A DNA stretch of 64,000 nucleotides from Eubacteriales bacterium (GTDB lineage Bacteria > Bacillota > Clostridia > Oscillospirales > CAG-272): the NCBI GenBank assembly GCA_045645405.1, contig JAZRIQ010000004.1, forward strand, positions 5,817 to 69,816, read 5' to 3'. The translations under genes and the position numbers were made by a program. Shown here in pieces: positions 19,517 through 29,266 of the stretch. The notes beneath the pieces are model-generated. The model searched no databases. It was not told the DNA's origin and saw only the letters and a list, made by a program, of their open reading frames with translations. Within the stretch, counting starts at the first letter, position 1. Every line of letters starts with the position of its first letter.

Positions 19517-20431
19517 ATGAAGAAAACATCATTAGTAATTATGGCTGCTGGTATTGGTTCACGTTTTGGTGGTGGAATTAAGCAGCTTGAGCCACTTGGA
19601 CCAAATGGCGAAGTAATTATGGAGTATTCCATTCATGACGCTTTAGAAGCAGGCTTTAACAAAGTAGTTTTTATTATCAGAAAAGAAATGGAAGATTACT
19701 TTAAAGAAGTTGTTGGAAATAAAATTTCAGATATATGCGAGGTTGCTTACGCATATCAAAACATTGAGGATTTGCCTGCAGGCTTTACAAATCCTCCCGA
19801 AAGAAAGAAGCCTTGGGGAACCGGTCAAGCAGTTCTTTCTTGCAAGGGAATTGTAAATGAGCCGTTTATGGTAATCAATGCTGATGACTACTATGGTAAA
19901 GAGGCGTTCAAGTCAATCCATGATTTTCTTGTTTCTGACAATGAGCCTATTAAGGAATACAATTTTGCAATGGCGGGATTTATACTTAAAAATACGTTAA
20001 GTGAAAATGGCGGCGTTACAAGAGGCGTATGCTCAGATAAAGATGGTTACTTAACAAATGTTGTTGAGACCGGAAACCTTGTAAAAACAGCAGCCGGAGC
20101 AGGAATTGCAAATGATGACGGCACGGTTACCGCTATTGATGAAAATGTTTACGTTTCAATGAATATGTGGGGTCTTACACCTGACTTTATTGATTTGCTT
20201 GAGGATGGCTTTATTAAGTTCCTTTCTGACCCAAATCTCAACGAATTAAAGGGAGAATATTTGTTACCCGGTGTTATCGGAGAGCTTGTAACAGGCGGAA
20301 AAGCTTCTGTTAAAATTCTTGAAACTAACGATAAATGGTTCGGCGTTACCTACGGTGAGGATAAATACGCTGTTAAGGAAGAATTTTTAAAGCTTCAAGC
20401 TAACGGAACATACCCTAAAACACTTTATTAA
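19517..20431 (+). CDS. Sugar-phosphate nucleotidyltransferase family protein (substrate unknown)
   Basis: N-terminal LVIMAAGIGSRFGGGIKQL signature of the NTP-transferase fold. Confidence 0.65.
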   Translation: MKKTSLVIMAAGIGSRFGGGIKQLEPLGPNGEVIMEYSIHDALEAGFNKVVFIIRKEMEDYFKEVVGNKISDICEVAYAYQNIEDLPAGFTNPPERKKPWGTGQAVLSCKGIVNEPFMVINADDYYGKEAFKSIHDFLVSDNEPIKEYNFAMAGFILKNTLSENGGVTRGVCSDKDGYLTNVVETGNLVKTAAGAGIANDDGTVTAIDENVYVSMNMWGLTPDFIDLLEDGFIKFLSDPNLNELKGEYLLPGVIGELVTGGKASVKILETNDKWFGVTYGEDKYAVKEEFLKLQANGTYPKTLY

Positions 20432-20436
20432 ATATA

Positions 20437-20470
20437 TCCCCTTCGCAAAACATTGCGAAGGGGATTTTTG
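20437..20470 (+). terminator. Rho-independent terminator
   Basis: 12-bp stem TCCCCTTCGCAA/TTGCGAAGGGGA followed by TTTTT. Confidence 0.8.
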
Positions 20471-20525
20471 TATATTTGCTCTTTATTCGGTTAATAATAG
20501 TAAAAAAAGAAAGAGGTGTTATACA

Positions 20526-20957
20526 ATGAACGAAGATACAATAAATTTGTTAAAAGAGTGTAATTCAGGTATTAAAATGGGTGTTGAATCAATAAATAAT
20601 GTAATCCCCTATGTTAAAAGTGAGGAGCTTAGAAGCATTTTAAACGCGTGTAAGGATAAGCATGCTGTTTTAGGCGATGAAACGCACAAGGCGTTAACAA
20701 ACGCTGATGAAAGCACTAAAAATGCCCATCCTGTTGCTCAAGTGATGTCTGATATGAAAATCAGAGCAACAGTAACATTGAAAAAATCAGATAATACAGT
20801 AGCTGACGTAATGACGGACGGTTGTAACATGGGAATTAAATCAATTTATAAATTTCTAAATCAATACTCAAAAGCAGATAATAACGCTAAATCAATAGCT
20901 AATAGACTTATTTCTGCAGAGCAAGAGCTAAGAACAGATTTGAGAAATTATCTATAA
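20526..20957 (+). CDS. Hypothetical all-helical protein (possibly DUF2383/four-helix-bundle-like)
   Basis: Good RBS (AGAGGTG). Helix-rich composition. The family call rests on weak recollection only. Confidence 0.45.
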   Translation: MNEDTINLLKECNSGIKMGVESINNVIPYVKSEELRSILNACKDKHAVLGDETHKALTNADESTKNAHPVAQVMSDMKIRATVTLKKSDNTVADVMTDGCNMGIKSIYKFLNQYSKADNNAKSIANRLISAEQELRTDLRNYL

Positions 20958-21089
20958 TACTACGAATGCGTGATATTATTTTATTATATCACGCATATTT
21001 TATTATATTTATTGAACAATATTTGTATATTTTTATTTGACAAAAGTAAAAATATAGTGTATAATGTAGAAAAAAACTAAGGAGAATAT

Positions 21090-22508
21090 ATGAAGAAAAT
21101 AGGCATACTCCTTTTGATGGCCATTATATTGCTTACTTTGCTTGTATCTTGTGGGAATAAAGGGGATAATTACAAGGATATTTATGATGAAAAAAAGGTA
21201 ACGGTAGTTTTTAATTCAAATGGCGGTGGTAGTGTGGAAAACGCTATTTTATCGGTTGGAAAAAGTTATGAATTGCCAACTCCTGCAAAAAAAGGATATA
21301 CGTTTGGCGGTTGGTATCACGGTGACAATTTGTTAAATGTTAAGGGAATGTGGACTATTGAAAACGACGTTGAATTAGTTGCTAAATGGACTGCTATAAG
21401 GTATACCATAAACTACATTTCGATAGGCGGATACAATACAAACCCGGATTCATATACAATAGAAGACGAAATTTCCTTCAAACCGTTAGTTTGGAGCGAT
21501 GATAGCAGTGAGGTTGAGTATAAATTTGAGGGTTGGTATAAGGATGCGGCATATAGCACTCCTTTTGACAAGATTGAGACAGGCACCACAGGAAACGTTG
21601 ATGTTTTTGCAAAGTGGACTGCAACAAAAGTTGAAGGAGAAAAGACCAGTACTGTAGTAATGTTTAATGCTGAAGGTTTTGATTGCGATAAGACCACTCA
21701 AACGATTACCGTTGGAGATAATTATTCGTTACCTATTCTCGAAATGGACGGTTATGTTTTTAAAGGATGGATGGCAAACGGTTCCATTATACAATCAAGT
21801 GGCGTTTGGACTGATAAAAGTCAAGAGTTGTTTTTAGAGCCAAGCTGGTTAAAGAAAATTTATTCTATTACCTATGATTTTAATTATGGAAGCAAAAATT
21901 ACGGTAATTATCCTGAACGCTATGACATAGATACAGATAAGCTTATAATTGGCATACCTCAAAGAAACGGATATAAGTTTATCGGTTGGCAGTTTAATGA
22001 TCAAATTGAATATTATTGGCGCATAGACGCAGGATCAGAGGGCGATTTAGAGCTTACTGCAGTGTGGTATAAGGCTGAGGTAGAGTACACGTTCCGAGAT
22101 GATTCCGGTGTGCAATATGTTTTAAAGGATGACAATACCTTAAGTGTTGTAGGATATGATGGAATAAATGGAAACGTAAAAATTCCCGAAACGTACAATG
22201 GTTATAAAGTTACTGAAATTGGTGAATATGCGTTCTGCGGATATGGTGAAAGCATAGTTTCAGACTCAATTGATATGTTTGTTCGTTGTGAAATACCAAA
22301 AACAGTAAAGAAAATATCGATAGGTGCATTTGCTGGCTGTTCTGATTTAAAGGTGCAGGTTACTAAACTTGACATTACTAATGACGATGCAGTTATAGAA
22401 TGGAAAAACAGTGTTGTTATAGAAACAAGAAATGATCACGTGTTAGATGTTATTTTAGGCAAACGACCGGCAATCGGTTGGGATAAATATTGGTTACCTA
22501 TTACATAA
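21090..22508 (+). CDS. Surface lipoprotein with four InlB B-repeat (Listeria-Bacteroides repeat) modules and a C-terminal BspA-type LRR segment
   Basis: Lipobox LLVSCGN. Repeated G(Y)xFxGW modules (KKGYTFGGWY, YKFEGWY, DGYVFKGWM, NGYKFIGWQ). C-terminal IPETYNGYKVTEIGEYAF. A TTGACA-17-TATAAT promoter lies upstream. Confidence 0.75.
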   Translation: MKKIGILLLMAIILLTLLVSCGNKGDNYKDIYDEKKVTVVFNSNGGGSVENAILSVGKSYELPTPAKKGYTFGGWYHGDNLLNVKGMWTIENDVELVAKWTAIRYTINYISIGGYNTNPDSYTIEDEISFKPLVWSDDSSEVEYKFEGWYKDAAYSTPFDKIETGTTGNVDVFAKWTATKVEGEKTSTVVMFNAEGFDCDKTTQTITVGDNYSLPILEMDGYVFKGWMANGSIIQSSGVWTDKSQELFLEPSWLKKIYSITYDFNYGSKNYGNYPERYDIDTDKLIIGIPQRNGYKFIGWQFNDQIEYYWRIDAGSEGDLELTAVWYKAEVEYTFRDDSGVQYVLKDDNTLSVVGYDGINGNVKIPETYNGYKVTEIGEYAFCGYGESIVSDSIDMFVRCEIPKTVKKISIGAFAGCSDLKVQVTKLDITNDDAVIEWKNSVVIETRNDHVLDVILGKRPAIGWDKYWLPIT

Positions 22509-22509
22509 A

Positions 22510-22548
22510 AAGAAGGCTTGACTTCATTTGAAGTCAAGCCTTGTATTT
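22510..22548. terminator. Bidirectional terminator between convergent genes
   Basis: 14-bp stem AAGGCTTGACTTCA/TGAAGTCAAGCCTT flanked by A- and T-runs. Confidence 0.75.
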
Positions 22549-24004
22549 ATTTATTTTTTTTAAAAATATTACTTCTAAATAAAATAATATTTAAAACAAT
22601 AAAGAAAGCAAAAACAAGAATAAACGCTAATACAGGGCTTTTGGGGGCAAAATTATCACCTGCTATAAACAAAAGTGGGAAACCGAAAATTATGGCAGGA
22701 AGATTTTGATACACCATGTTTTCAGCAGCCGGAGTTTGGAAATTACTATCTTGTTCTCTTAAAAGAATTAAGCCTGTACTTGCTGTTCCGGTAAGCATAC
22801 CGTACATCATTAAAAATTGCTCCTCAACATAGTCTGGGAATATTTTTTTACAAATTATTCTTAGATAGAAGTATGTGGTTACAGCGCCTAAAGTACCTAA
22901 TATAATGAATGACAACCAATATTGCTTAAGAGCTTCAAATTGGATAGAAGCAATACCTGATACTACCATTAAATCAAAGAAAAATCCTGCAACTCTTTTC
23001 ATAAGAAAGGAGTTTATGTACTGCCTATTCATGATTTTATATTTTCTTAAACGCTTAACTATATGGTTTACAAGAGCTGCAACTAAAACACCAATTAAAA
23101 AGTTAAAGCCATAGATAGTGGCTTTCATACCGGAAATTAAAGTGCCGAGTCCAAGCATAATTCCATAAGAAATTACGTATGTAAGTAAAACTATACCAAG
23201 CTGAATCGAGAGCTTATCAATGCTTCCTGTCATAGGTGATTCGCCCTTTTCTTGTACTTTGTCAAGAGTTAATTCTTCTTCATCAGCAATACCGCCGACA
23301 GCTTTTTTCTTACTCTTTCTATTTATTATATTTAAATGAATAACACCGCCAATGCTTGCGCTTAAAAAGCCAAGAGCCGCAATTGTAAGTCCAAAGCTGC
23401 TACCGTTACTAAATCCTACTGCTTCATACATTTTACCGTAATTCAAGGCTTGTCCGGTTCCTTGACCATAACCGAATGGAAGAATAAGACCTGCCGCTTT
23501 AAAGCCTTTAACTAAAACAGGGAATAGTATCGTAATAGCCAAACCGAGAGAACCTTGAAGAAGATATGTAGAAACGGTTGAAACTCCTGTATTAAATACC
23601 TCAACGCTTCTTTTTTTGGTGAGTTTTTCACCGTCAGGCTTAAATGCGGTGGCAATAAATCCAAGAGCTAAGGAATGATATGTAATAACTTCAAGAATGC
23701 TTAAACCGCCAATTCTGATTTTAGAACCATCGTCGGAGGTGGCGCTTCCGTATTCACCGAAAATTTCGAGGTTAAATATATTTTTCGGTAGTGTTTCTGA
23801 CAAATTTCCAACGTTTTCTACAATGAGTGTGTATGTTATGGATATTAACAGTAAGAGACCGCCTGCTAATACCGATGTAGGTACTAATGAATTTTTCAAA
23901 AAAGGAACTTTTCGCTTTATGATATTTGCTACCAATAATCCAACCATTAAAACCGAGAAAAGAAGCATAAAGCCCCATACACTAGATTCCCAAAAGTTTA
24001 TCAT
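22547..24004 (-). CDS. Sodium/glutamate symporter family (GltS/ESS-like) transporter
   Basis: Polytopic. Has a GltS-like N-terminus (KRKVPFLKNSLVPTSVLAGG) and the two reentrant-loop-like motifs GYGQGTGQA and GTASTG. Confidence 0.7.
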   Translation of the reverse strand: MINFWESSVWGFMLLFSVLMVGLLVANIIKRKVPFLKNSLVPTSVLAGGLLLLISITYTLIVENVGNLSETLPKNIFNLEIFGEYGSATSDDGSKIRIGGLSILEVITYHSLALGFIATAFKPDGEKLTKKRSVEVFNTGVSTVSTYLLQGSLGLAITILFPVLVKGFKAAGLILPFGYGQGTGQALNYGKMYEAVGFSNGSSFGLTIAALGFLSASIGGVIHLNIINRKSKKKAVGGIADEEELTLDKVQEKGESPMTGSIDKLSIQLGIVLLTYVISYGIMLGLGTLISGMKATIYGFNFLIGVLVAALVNHIVKRLRKYKIMNRQYINSFLMKRVAGFFFDLMVVSGIASIQFEALKQYWLSFIILGTLGAVTTYFYLRIICKKIFPDYVEEQFLMMYGMLTGTASTGLILLREQDSNFQTPAAENMVYQNLPAIIFGFPLLFIAGDNFAPKSPVLAFILVFAFFIVLNIILFRSNIFKKNK

Positions 24005-25202
24005 TTTCCGGTACTCCTTTCAAAACGTTAGTTGCGTGATAGTATATATTCATATACTTGAGTGCATTAAAATGTTTGTTTTTTGTTTTGATTTGATATA
24101 TTTCGCTGCCAAAGTAAATATTAAGCTTGTTTCTGCCAAGGACACTAACAGCTACTATTTTATCAAACGGTAAAGATATGCTGTAGTTGCTGTTAATAAT
24201 CGTATATCTGTCAAAATAAACAGAGAAGAAAACGTCTTTAGCAAGTTTAATCTTCTTCTTATACGGAATAACTTGATTAAAATTAGTGATATTATCGCTA
24301 TAAATCGGTGTTTCCGAATAAGGACTTAAATCGGTTTCTATAACAAACTTGCATTGTGCCTTGTACCATTCAGATATAAATCTATATGGAAAATCACAAT
24401 TCACTCCCACTAATTCCTTTGTAGCTAAATACTTTACTTGCTTGCCACATTTTTTACATTCTATAAGCTGACCTGAGCTTTCCCATTCTGAAAAACCGCA
24501 ATCGGGACAGAAATACATAGCTCTTTCAAGGTATTCGGCAGATTTTTTGTGAGCATAGCATTCATCAAGCTTGCATTCGTTGTGTTGAAGCTCTTTGCAT
24601 ATAAGCTCGTATAATTCGTCATTTGAAAGTAGCTTATATTCATCTGGCTCAATAACTCTTGAAACGTAGCAATCCATCTTTCCTTTGCGTATAACGTCGC
24701 TCCACCGCGGTTGAACACCGTAACCGCCATCGAGAGTGTATATAGCCACGGGAAGATTTAAAGCTTTAACAAACTGCGATATGGCAGGCTTTATATAGCC
24801 TGTTTCACCGCTAAACGTTCTGTTTCCTTCCGGAGCAACGGCTATGGTTCCACCTTCTTTAGCAACTCTTTTTGCATCAATAACTGCTTTTACATCAGTC
24901 ATAGATTTTTTTATCGGAATAGGAGCTACTAAGTATTTAATCAGCTTGGAGACAAAACCGTTTGAAAATAAATCTTCGCTGGCGATATAGTATATTGGAC
25001 CTTTAAACGCAAATCCAACAAAAAACTGATCAAACGCAGTCTGATGATTATAAAGTACAAGATAAGCACGCTTGTCTTGTTGTTTAAATTTATGAATTTT
25101 CATTCCGTATTTTAGCTTGGAATACCAATATAAGATAAAGCCTGCGGTGACTCTAACAACCTTGTGTCTAAATTTTAGCCATTTTTTCTTTCGATTTTTC
25201 AT
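23982..25202 (-). CDS. Lysophospholipid (PlsC-family) acyltransferase with zinc-ribbon-containing C-terminal extension
   Basis: NHQTAFD (HX4D) and PEGNRT motifs; CPDC..13 aa..CKKC in the middle; about 150 aa of uncharacterised C-terminus. Confidence 0.75.
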   Translation of the reverse strand: MKNRKKKWLKFRHKVVRVTAGFILYWYSKLKYGMKIHKFKQQDKRAYLVLYNHQTAFDQFFVGFAFKGPIYYIASEDLFSNGFVSKLIKYLVAPIPIKKSMTDVKAVIDAKRVAKEGGTIAVAPEGNRTFSGETGYIKPAISQFVKALNLPVAIYTLDGGYGVQPRWSDVIRKGKMDCYVSRVIEPDEYKLLSNDELYELICKELQHNECKLDECYAHKKSAEYLERAMYFCPDCGFSEWESSGQLIECKKCGKQVKYLATKELVGVNCDFPYRFISEWYKAQCKFVIETDLSPYSETPIYSDNITNFNQVIPYKKKIKLAKDVFFSVYFDRYTIINSNYSISLPFDKIVAVSVLGRNKLNIYFGSEIYQIKTKNKHFNALKYMNIYYHATNVLKGVPENDKLLGI

Positions 25203-25326
25203 ATATATTTCTCTTCAAAAGGATAATTATGATTTATAGAAAATAATCTACTAGCATATTATATCACAAAAAGAATTGTTTGTCAATTTTATATAAAAAT
25301 AATCTTTGTCTTAAATTTGACAGAGA

Positions 25327-26067
25327 TTATTGTTTATAAAACCTTAAAATTAAAGATATAGGTAAAAGTTTGGAGGCTAAATGTACCATTTTGATTGAAA
25401 ACGTTGGCGAATAAATTTTTTTTCTTTTCTTTGCTGCTTTTAATGAACCCAAAACTACTTTTTGTGGTGTAATTAAAAAATTTTTCTTATACTGTTTTAC
25501 GTTTTCTAAAGAAGAAAAGAAATTGGTATCCACAGGTCCGGGACACACAGCAGTAACGGAAATACCTGTTTTTTTCAACTCATATCCTGTCGCTCTTGAT
25601 AAGCTGATTACATACGCTTTTGTAGCTGCATAAACAGCAAAATACGGCTGAGGTGAAAATCCTGCACCGGAAGCTATGTTAATGATTTTTCCACCGCTTG
25701 AAATGTAGGGCAAAGAAATATTGTTTAAAATAGAAAGAGCTGTACAATTTAAAGAAACAGTTAATGAAATTTGTTCTGGTGTAATATTATCGAAACTGCC
25801 GTTATATCCAACTCCGGCAGAACAAATCAAATATTCAATAGACGGATTTTCTTTTTCAAATTCATTTTTAATTTGAATAAATGTTTCGTTGTTTGTTAGA
25901 TCAAGACACAATATTTTGACCTTTGTTTTTAAATCCTTTGAAATTTTTTCAAGCAGATTATAGCTTCTTGCTATGAGCCATATTTCATCTAAATTGTAAT
26001 TGTCAAGCGCCTTTGCAAATTCAAGCCCGATGCCTGAAGAAGCTCCGCTTATTACTGCAATTTTCAT
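25327..26067 (-). CDS. SDR family oxidoreductase
   Basis: The Met at 26067 gives MKIAVISGASSGIG (TGxxxGxG); YAATK catalytic motif. Confidence 0.85.
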   Translation of the reverse strand: MKIAVISGASSGIGLEFAKALDNYNLDEIWLIARSYNLLEKISKDLKTKVKILCLDLTNNETFIQIKNEFEKENPSIEYLICSAGVGYNGSFDNITPEQISLTVSLNCTALSILNNISLPYISSGGKIINIASGAGFSPQPYFAVYAATKAYVISLSRATGYELKKTGISVTAVCPGPVDTNFFSSLENVKQYKKNFLITPQKVVLGSLKAAKKRKKIYSPTFSIKMVHLASKLLPISLILRFYKQ

Positions 26068-26202
26068 ATATACCACCCTTTCAATGTTCTAAAACTATTT
26101 TAACATTATTTTCTTACACAGTCAAGCAAATTTTCCTTGAAAATGATTGTGTAATATGGTAAAATATAAAAAACGGAAATTATAGCAAGGAGGAGGATTA
26201 TA

Positions 26203-26772
26203 GTGGATACAAATTCGTATGATTTACTTATTGATGTAAAGCCGTATTTAGATTCGGATGAGGATGTTTTGTGGTGTGATAAGCCGACTAAAATATTGGT
26301 TTTTTCAACTGCAGATATTTTTACAACGATGTTTGGGTTTGTATGGCTATCATTTTCGATTTTTTGGACTGTCACTGCCTTTATGGCTACAAATGATGCT
26401 GATGATGCAGTGTTTTCGATTTTTCCTGTTTTTGGGTTGCCATTTGTGTTTATAGGCATGTACTTGTTATTTTTCAGATATGTAATTAGTGCGATACAGA
26501 GAAAACGTATGATTTACGCTATAACTAATAAAAGAGTTTTAATTGTTCACACAGGAAGAAAGCAGTATGTACAGGAATACAGATATACGGATATATCAAA
26601 CGTGCAAATGAAGTGCGATAATAATGATGTTGGCTCTATATTCTTTTTTTCGGGAGCTTTAAGATATAATCGCAACGGAAGCAGCTATGCCAGCACGTCC
26701 GGAGTTTTTGGAATTAAAAATACTAAAAAAGTTTATAAAATTTTATCACAATGTATGGAGAATAAAAAATGA
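26203..26772 (+). CDS. Membrane protein with bacterial PH-like (YdbS/DUF304-like) domain
   Basis: GTG start after AAGGAGGAGG. Hydrophobic N-terminal half (at least two TM-like segments), then the YAITNKRVLIV motif. ATGA overlap with the next gene. Confidence 0.55.
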   Translation: MDTNSYDLLIDVKPYLDSDEDVLWCDKPTKILVFSTADIFTTMFGFVWLSFSIFWTVTAFMATNDADDAVFSIFPVFGLPFVFIGMYLLFFRYVISAIQRKRMIYAITNKRVLIVHTGRKQYVQEYRYTDISNVQMKCDNNDVGSIFFFSGALRYNRNGSSYASTSGVFGIKNTKKVYKILSQCMENKK

Positions 26773-28691
26773 AATGCGTTCACTTAGACTTTCACACAAG
26801 CCCTGATATTGAAAATATCGGCGAATTATTCAACAAAGAGGAGTTTGCTAACACCTTGAAAGAAGCTCATGTTGACTTGATTACGGTTTTCGCAAAATGC
26901 CATCACGGATATTGCTATTATCCTACAAAAGTTGGTCAAATGCATCCCAAACTGAAGTTTAATCTTTTAAAGGAGCAAATTGAGGCGGCTCATTCGGTAG
27001 GAGTAAAGGCACCAATATATATCACAATGGGTTGGAGCAAAAAAGATGCTGATGAGCATCCCGAATGGCATCAAATTAACTATTGGACAAAAAAACCTCG
27101 TTGTTACGGGAATGAACATGATGTAGGACCTGACGATATGCTTTATAATTGTTCTTGGACAACGTTATGCCCAAACGGCAGCTATCTTGATTATCTTAAA
27201 GAAATAACTCACGAGGTTTGCCAACAGTTCGACGTATCTGACGGAGTATTTTATGATATTTGCTTTATTGATGATGCCTGCGTATGTGAGGAATGTAAAG
27301 CAGGTATGATAAAAATGGGCTTAAACCCGGATGTGTTTGAGGATGCTAGGAAATATTATAGAATTAAACATATCGAAATGATGCAAACTCTAACAGGTAT
27401 TGTTCAAAGCTATAAAAAGGATGCCCCTGTTTTTTATAACGGTGGAGCTGATATGAATAGACCTGAATATCATCCTTATCAGACGCACTATGAGCTTGAG
27501 GATTTGCCGACAGCATGGGGCGGATATGATTTAATGCCATTAAGAGCAAAATATTTTGAAAAATACGGCAAGCATTTTCTTGGAATGACAGGCAAATTCC
27601 ATCATTCATGGGGAGAATTTGGCGGATTTAAGAATAAGGACGCTCTTAAATACGAATGTGCTGATATGATTAGTATAGGAGCTTCAATGTCAGTTGGAGA
27701 CCACTTACATCCGCTTGGTAAAATTGACAAGAGTACGTATAATATAATTGGTCATGCCTTTGAATATGCTGATAAAATAGAGAAGTATTCTGAGAATACT
27801 AAAGCTTATTCGGATATTGCTATGTGGTCAAGTCATAATTCGGACGCCGATATGGGATGCTCAAAAATGCTTCAAATTATGCATCTTGAGTATGACGTTT
27901 TAGAAGCCGGTGATGATATATCTAAATACAGATGCATCGTTTTGCCTGATTGTGTTAAGCTTTCTGATAGTGACAAGATTAGAATAGTTGAGTTTACAGA
28001 AAACGGCGGAAAGTTAATAGTAAGTGGAAATAGCGTGTTTGATGAGCTTGGTATTACAAATCTTGGCTCGAACGGTTTTGATCTTGATTATATAGAATGT
28101 GTAATTGATGAAATTTGCACACCGTTTCTTTCATATTCAAACGCAAACAAGGTGGAATGTGACGGTGAAGTGCTTGCATACCTTCACGAGCCTTATTTTA
28201 ACCGTAGAGTTAATCATTTCTGCGGTCACGCAAATACTCCGTTTAAAATGGATAAAGCGCCGTATCCTGCGCTTGTTAAAAAGGAAAACGTATTGTATTT
28301 TGCACATCCGATTTTTACTGCATACAATAAATCAGGAAACTATATATTGCAAAAATATATAAAGAAGGGCTTTGACAATATTTACGATAAATCCTTGAAA
28401 ATCGAAGGTTTACCGTCTTGTGGCAGAGTAAGAATGAGAAAAAGTGAAAATGATAATTTTTATGCGCTACATTTACTCTATGCTCCTCCTGTTAATCGTG
28501 GTAACGTGTGCTTGCTTGAAGACTTCCCAAGAATCGACGGAATAAAGGTTACTTTTAAAGTTGATAAGGAAATAAAATCAATAGTTTCTCAACCTGACGG
28601 CGAGGTTTTAAATTTCACGCAAAACAAAAGTGAGGTAATGTTTACAGTTAACAATTTAAGTCTTCATAAACTTTTGGTGATAAAATATTAA
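26769..28691 (+). CDS. Putative glycoside hydrolase, GHL6/GH42-like with beta-galactosidase-trimerisation-like middle domain
   Basis: The N-terminus HLDFHTSP..VFAKCHHGYCYYPT resembles the GHL6 family, often annotated as alpha-amylase family protein. Assignment is from memory. Confidence 0.55.
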   Translation: MKCVHLDFHTSPDIENIGELFNKEEFANTLKEAHVDLITVFAKCHHGYCYYPTKVGQMHPKLKFNLLKEQIEAAHSVGVKAPIYITMGWSKKDADEHPEWHQINYWTKKPRCYGNEHDVGPDDMLYNCSWTTLCPNGSYLDYLKEITHEVCQQFDVSDGVFYDICFIDDACVCEECKAGMIKMGLNPDVFEDARKYYRIKHIEMMQTLTGIVQSYKKDAPVFYNGGADMNRPEYHPYQTHYELEDLPTAWGGYDLMPLRAKYFEKYGKHFLGMTGKFHHSWGEFGGFKNKDALKYECADMISIGASMSVGDHLHPLGKIDKSTYNIIGHAFEYADKIEKYSENTKAYSDIAMWSSHNSDADMGCSKMLQIMHLEYDVLEAGDDISKYRCIVLPDCVKLSDSDKIRIVEFTENGGKLIVSGNSVFDELGITNLGSNGFDLDYIECVIDEICTPFLSYSNANKVECDGEVLAYLHEPYFNRRVNHFCGHANTPFKMDKAPYPALVKKENVLYFAHPIFTAYNKSGNYILQKYIKKGFDNIYDKSLKIEGLPSCGRVRMRKSENDNFYALHLLYAPPVNRGNVCLLEDFPRIDGIKVTFKVDKEIKSIVSQPDGEVLNFTQNKSEVMFTVNNLSLHKLLVIKY

Positions 28692-28785
28692 ATATGAACA
28701 ATTGACGAATATTTTATTAAATAATTGACATTTTTTAAAAAATATGCTATTCTAAATATAACAAATCATAAAGGAGGAAAATATT

Positions 28786-29223
28786 ATGAAAAATACAGTT
28801 AGAATTCTCGCGTTAGCTTTAGTACTTGTTATGTCAATTACTTGTCTTGTTTCTTGTTCTACTTACGGTGGAATTAAGAAGGATTTTGAAAACGCAGGAT
28901 ATGTTCTTCAAAATGCAGACAATGAAAAATCAGGAGAGATTTCAACGGAAGATGGCGTAATTAAATATACTATACATACCTTTCAAAAGGAATCAAATGA
29001 TAACAGCGGATTAGGCGCTATTATTGGCGGTATAGGCTCAATGCTTTCGACGGCTGTTATATGGGAATTTGCTTCTGACAAGGATCTTGCTAAAGCAATG
29101 TCAGAGAATGCGGATATGAAGGAGGCTCTTACTAAGGCTCAGGAATCTGAGCTTGTTAACGGAAATTGCTTTCTTATGACAATCAATCCCGAAGCAGTTG
29201 AGATTTTTAATTCAAGCAAATAA
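28786..29223 (+). CDS. Hypothetical lipoprotein
   Basis: Signal peptide with lipobox LVSCS; strong RBS AAGGAGG. Confidence 0.6.
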   Translation: MKNTVRILALALVLVMSITCLVSCSTYGGIKKDFENAGYVLQNADNEKSGEISTEDGVIKYTIHTFQKESNDNSGLGAIIGGIGSMLSTAVIWEFASDKDLAKAMSENADMKEALTKAQESELVNGNCFLMTINPEAVEIFNSSK

Positions 29224-29232
29224 TTACTAAAA

Positions 29233-29266
29233 TAAAAATCGAGTGCATAGCACTCGATTTTATTTT
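29233..29266. terminator. Bidirectional terminator
   Basis: AAAATCGAGTGC/GCACTCGATTTT hairpin between convergent genes. Confidence 0.75.

Noticed and set aside
21090-22508. InlB-repeat/LRR lipoprotein as a novel adhesin system
   Set aside because: The architecture (Listeria-Bacteroides repeats plus BspA-type LRR) is common in gut Firmicutes. The gene is monocistronic with its own promoter and terminator and has no partner genes.
26106-26459. 117-aa minus-strand ORF between the SDR gene and the PH-domain gene
   Set aside because: It overlaps the plus-strand gene, which has a very strong RBS (AAGGAGGAGG) and a recognisable PH-like motif. The minus-strand translation has no start context.
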